A stretch of DNA of 64,000 nt from positions 171,926,001 through 171,990,000 of the forward strand of contig OX597817.1 in assembly GCA_951406725.2 (NCBI GenBank). The letters run 5' to 3'. The translations under genes were made by a program, and so were the position numbers. Shown piece by piece: positions 62,434-64,000 of this stretch. The DNA comes from Octopus vulgaris. Its lineage: Eukaryota. Numbering within the stretch: the stretch's first letter is position 1; the number at the start of each line of letters is the position of its first letter. The notes under the pieces were generated by a model, which saw nothing but the letters and a program-made list of their open reading frames with translations, was not told where the DNA came from and did not search any database.

Positions 62434-62473
<40 letters not shown>

Positions 62474-62498
62474 TATGTATGTACGTATGTGTGTATAC

Positions 62499-62529
<31 letters not shown>

Positions 62530-63377
62530 CGTATGTATGTATATATAAGTGTGTGTGTGTGTGTGTGACTTAAATATAACAAAACAATTTACCACTAAAT
62601 TAGCCCAAAGAAAAACATAAAGGTAGAAATATAGAAAGTTATATACAGATAGGTATGCACGCACACCAACGCACTTTCTCTTCAGTGGGTGATCTCCACA
62701 TCCCTCCTACAATCGAATAATGTTACGGATAATGTTACACATTTCTGACGATTTGACAGTAAGTTTTGAGTATCCACTATCTATGTCACTAATAATCATA
62801 TGTTAATGAAATGTGCACAATATATTGTAAGTATTTCATAAACGATCAGTGGTATTTCGTTTTATGTTATATGTAAATATGCACGTATGTGTGTGTGTGT
62901 GCATATACGTCTCCTTATGTTTGTTCAGCCACCACTTGACAACCGGTGTTGATCTGTTTACGTCCCCGAAAATTTTCACTGGTGTTTATTTATTCGACTA
63001 AATCCTTCAACCTGATGTCCCATCATGACCGCTGTCCAAAAATCATTATGTATGACATACTTACAAATAATTCGCTTTTTAAGGTGTTGAAGCATTAGTA
63101 AGTATTTTCTATAACTTTTGATCATATCTTTTTTATGAATCAGCGACACACCTGTATATTCCCTGGCAGCGCACCAATGCGTCATGACTCACTGTTTAAA
63201 ACCTCACTGATCTAATGCGCCATGTCCTTTTCCCCAAGACCATAATGAGTGATTTGAGGGAGATTTGAATACTCTTTCAAGTGGATCGAGCGACCACATT
63301 GGGGGTCTGTTGTTTAACATCTTTCTCTTGTGGTGTACACATGGTCTCTAATGTCTTTCCTGCTATGATTATATGTG

Positions 63378-63775
63378 AAGGCGCGTGGTTTAGTGGTTAG
63401 GGCATTCGGCTCATGATCGTAAGGTTGTGAGTTCGATTCCCGGCGACGTGTTGTGTCCTTGAGCAAGTCACTTTATTTCACGTTGCTCCAGTCCACTCAG
63501 CAGCCAAAAATAACTTGTACCTGTATTTCAAAGGGCCGGCCTTGTCACACTCTGTGTCACGCTGAATCTTCCTGAGAACTAGGTTAGGGTTATGCGTGTC
63601 TGCGGATTGCTCAGTCACTTGCACGTTAATTTCACGTTAATATTCTTTCTGAGTGTTTTCGTCCAAGATGGATATATATTCTTCTACTTATTCAATCATT
63701 AGACTACGGCCATGCTGGTGCATGTTTTGATCGTAACAGCTGGGACCCTCGTCATCGTAACCGACAGAGTGCTCC
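63378..63775 (+). mobile_element. SINE family C (other copies at about 21096-21345, 23355-23500, 28544-28800, 29052-29280 and 49682-49995)
   Basis: gaaggcgcgtggtttagtggttagggcattcggctcatgatcgtaaggttgtgagttcgattcccggc. Confidence 0.85.
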
Positions 63776-64000
63776 TATATATAAATACTTTCTACAAGGT
63801 CTGAATTTTCTCTTCTTCTCTCTCTCTCTCACTCACTTTCAATCCCTCTATATATATATATATCTTATATCTATTATAAATAATGGCTTTTATGATCACA
63901 TACGGTCCTTCACAAAACTTTAGCCAAGACTCTAATGGAAGGCAGCGTTTCTATGACTACTGAAGAACTGTGATGGTAAAGGCGGAGCGTCTGTCATCGT

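Noticed and set aside
63378-63450. tRNA-like sequences
   Set aside because: They are SINE heads continuing into SINE bodies, with no complete cloverleaf

Overview
AT-rich, microsatellite-dense animal genomic DNA. The SINE families and the very high (TA)n/(ACAT)n/(AGAT)n load suggest an Octopus-like cephalopod (inference). The only host gene piece I can support is the first coding exon of a junctophilin (MORN repeats, minus strand, 15695-16079, phase-1 GTAAGT donor). Positions 1-15694 are therefore its intron, and everything above about 16.1 kb is 5'UTR, upstream or intergenic. The rest is repeats: three tRNA-derived SINE families, two RTE-type LINE fragments, a Dong/R4-type retrotransposon inside a (TAA)n array, Tc1/mariner relics, two hAT-type MITEs, a Helentron-type non-autonomous element and minisatellites. 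The most interesting signal is a set of short non-coding elements, mostly embedded in (TA)n tracts, that carry minimal hammerhead-ribozyme motifs of the Penelope-like-element type. The best example is 38394-38469. Several of these elements are arranged as partial tandems or fold-back palindromes. They look like multiple families of microsatellite-targeted, ribozyme-bearing non-autonomous retroelements (retrozyme-like). All calls were made by eye and repeat boundaries are approximate. Nearly all ORFs in the supplied track are microsatellite artefacts.
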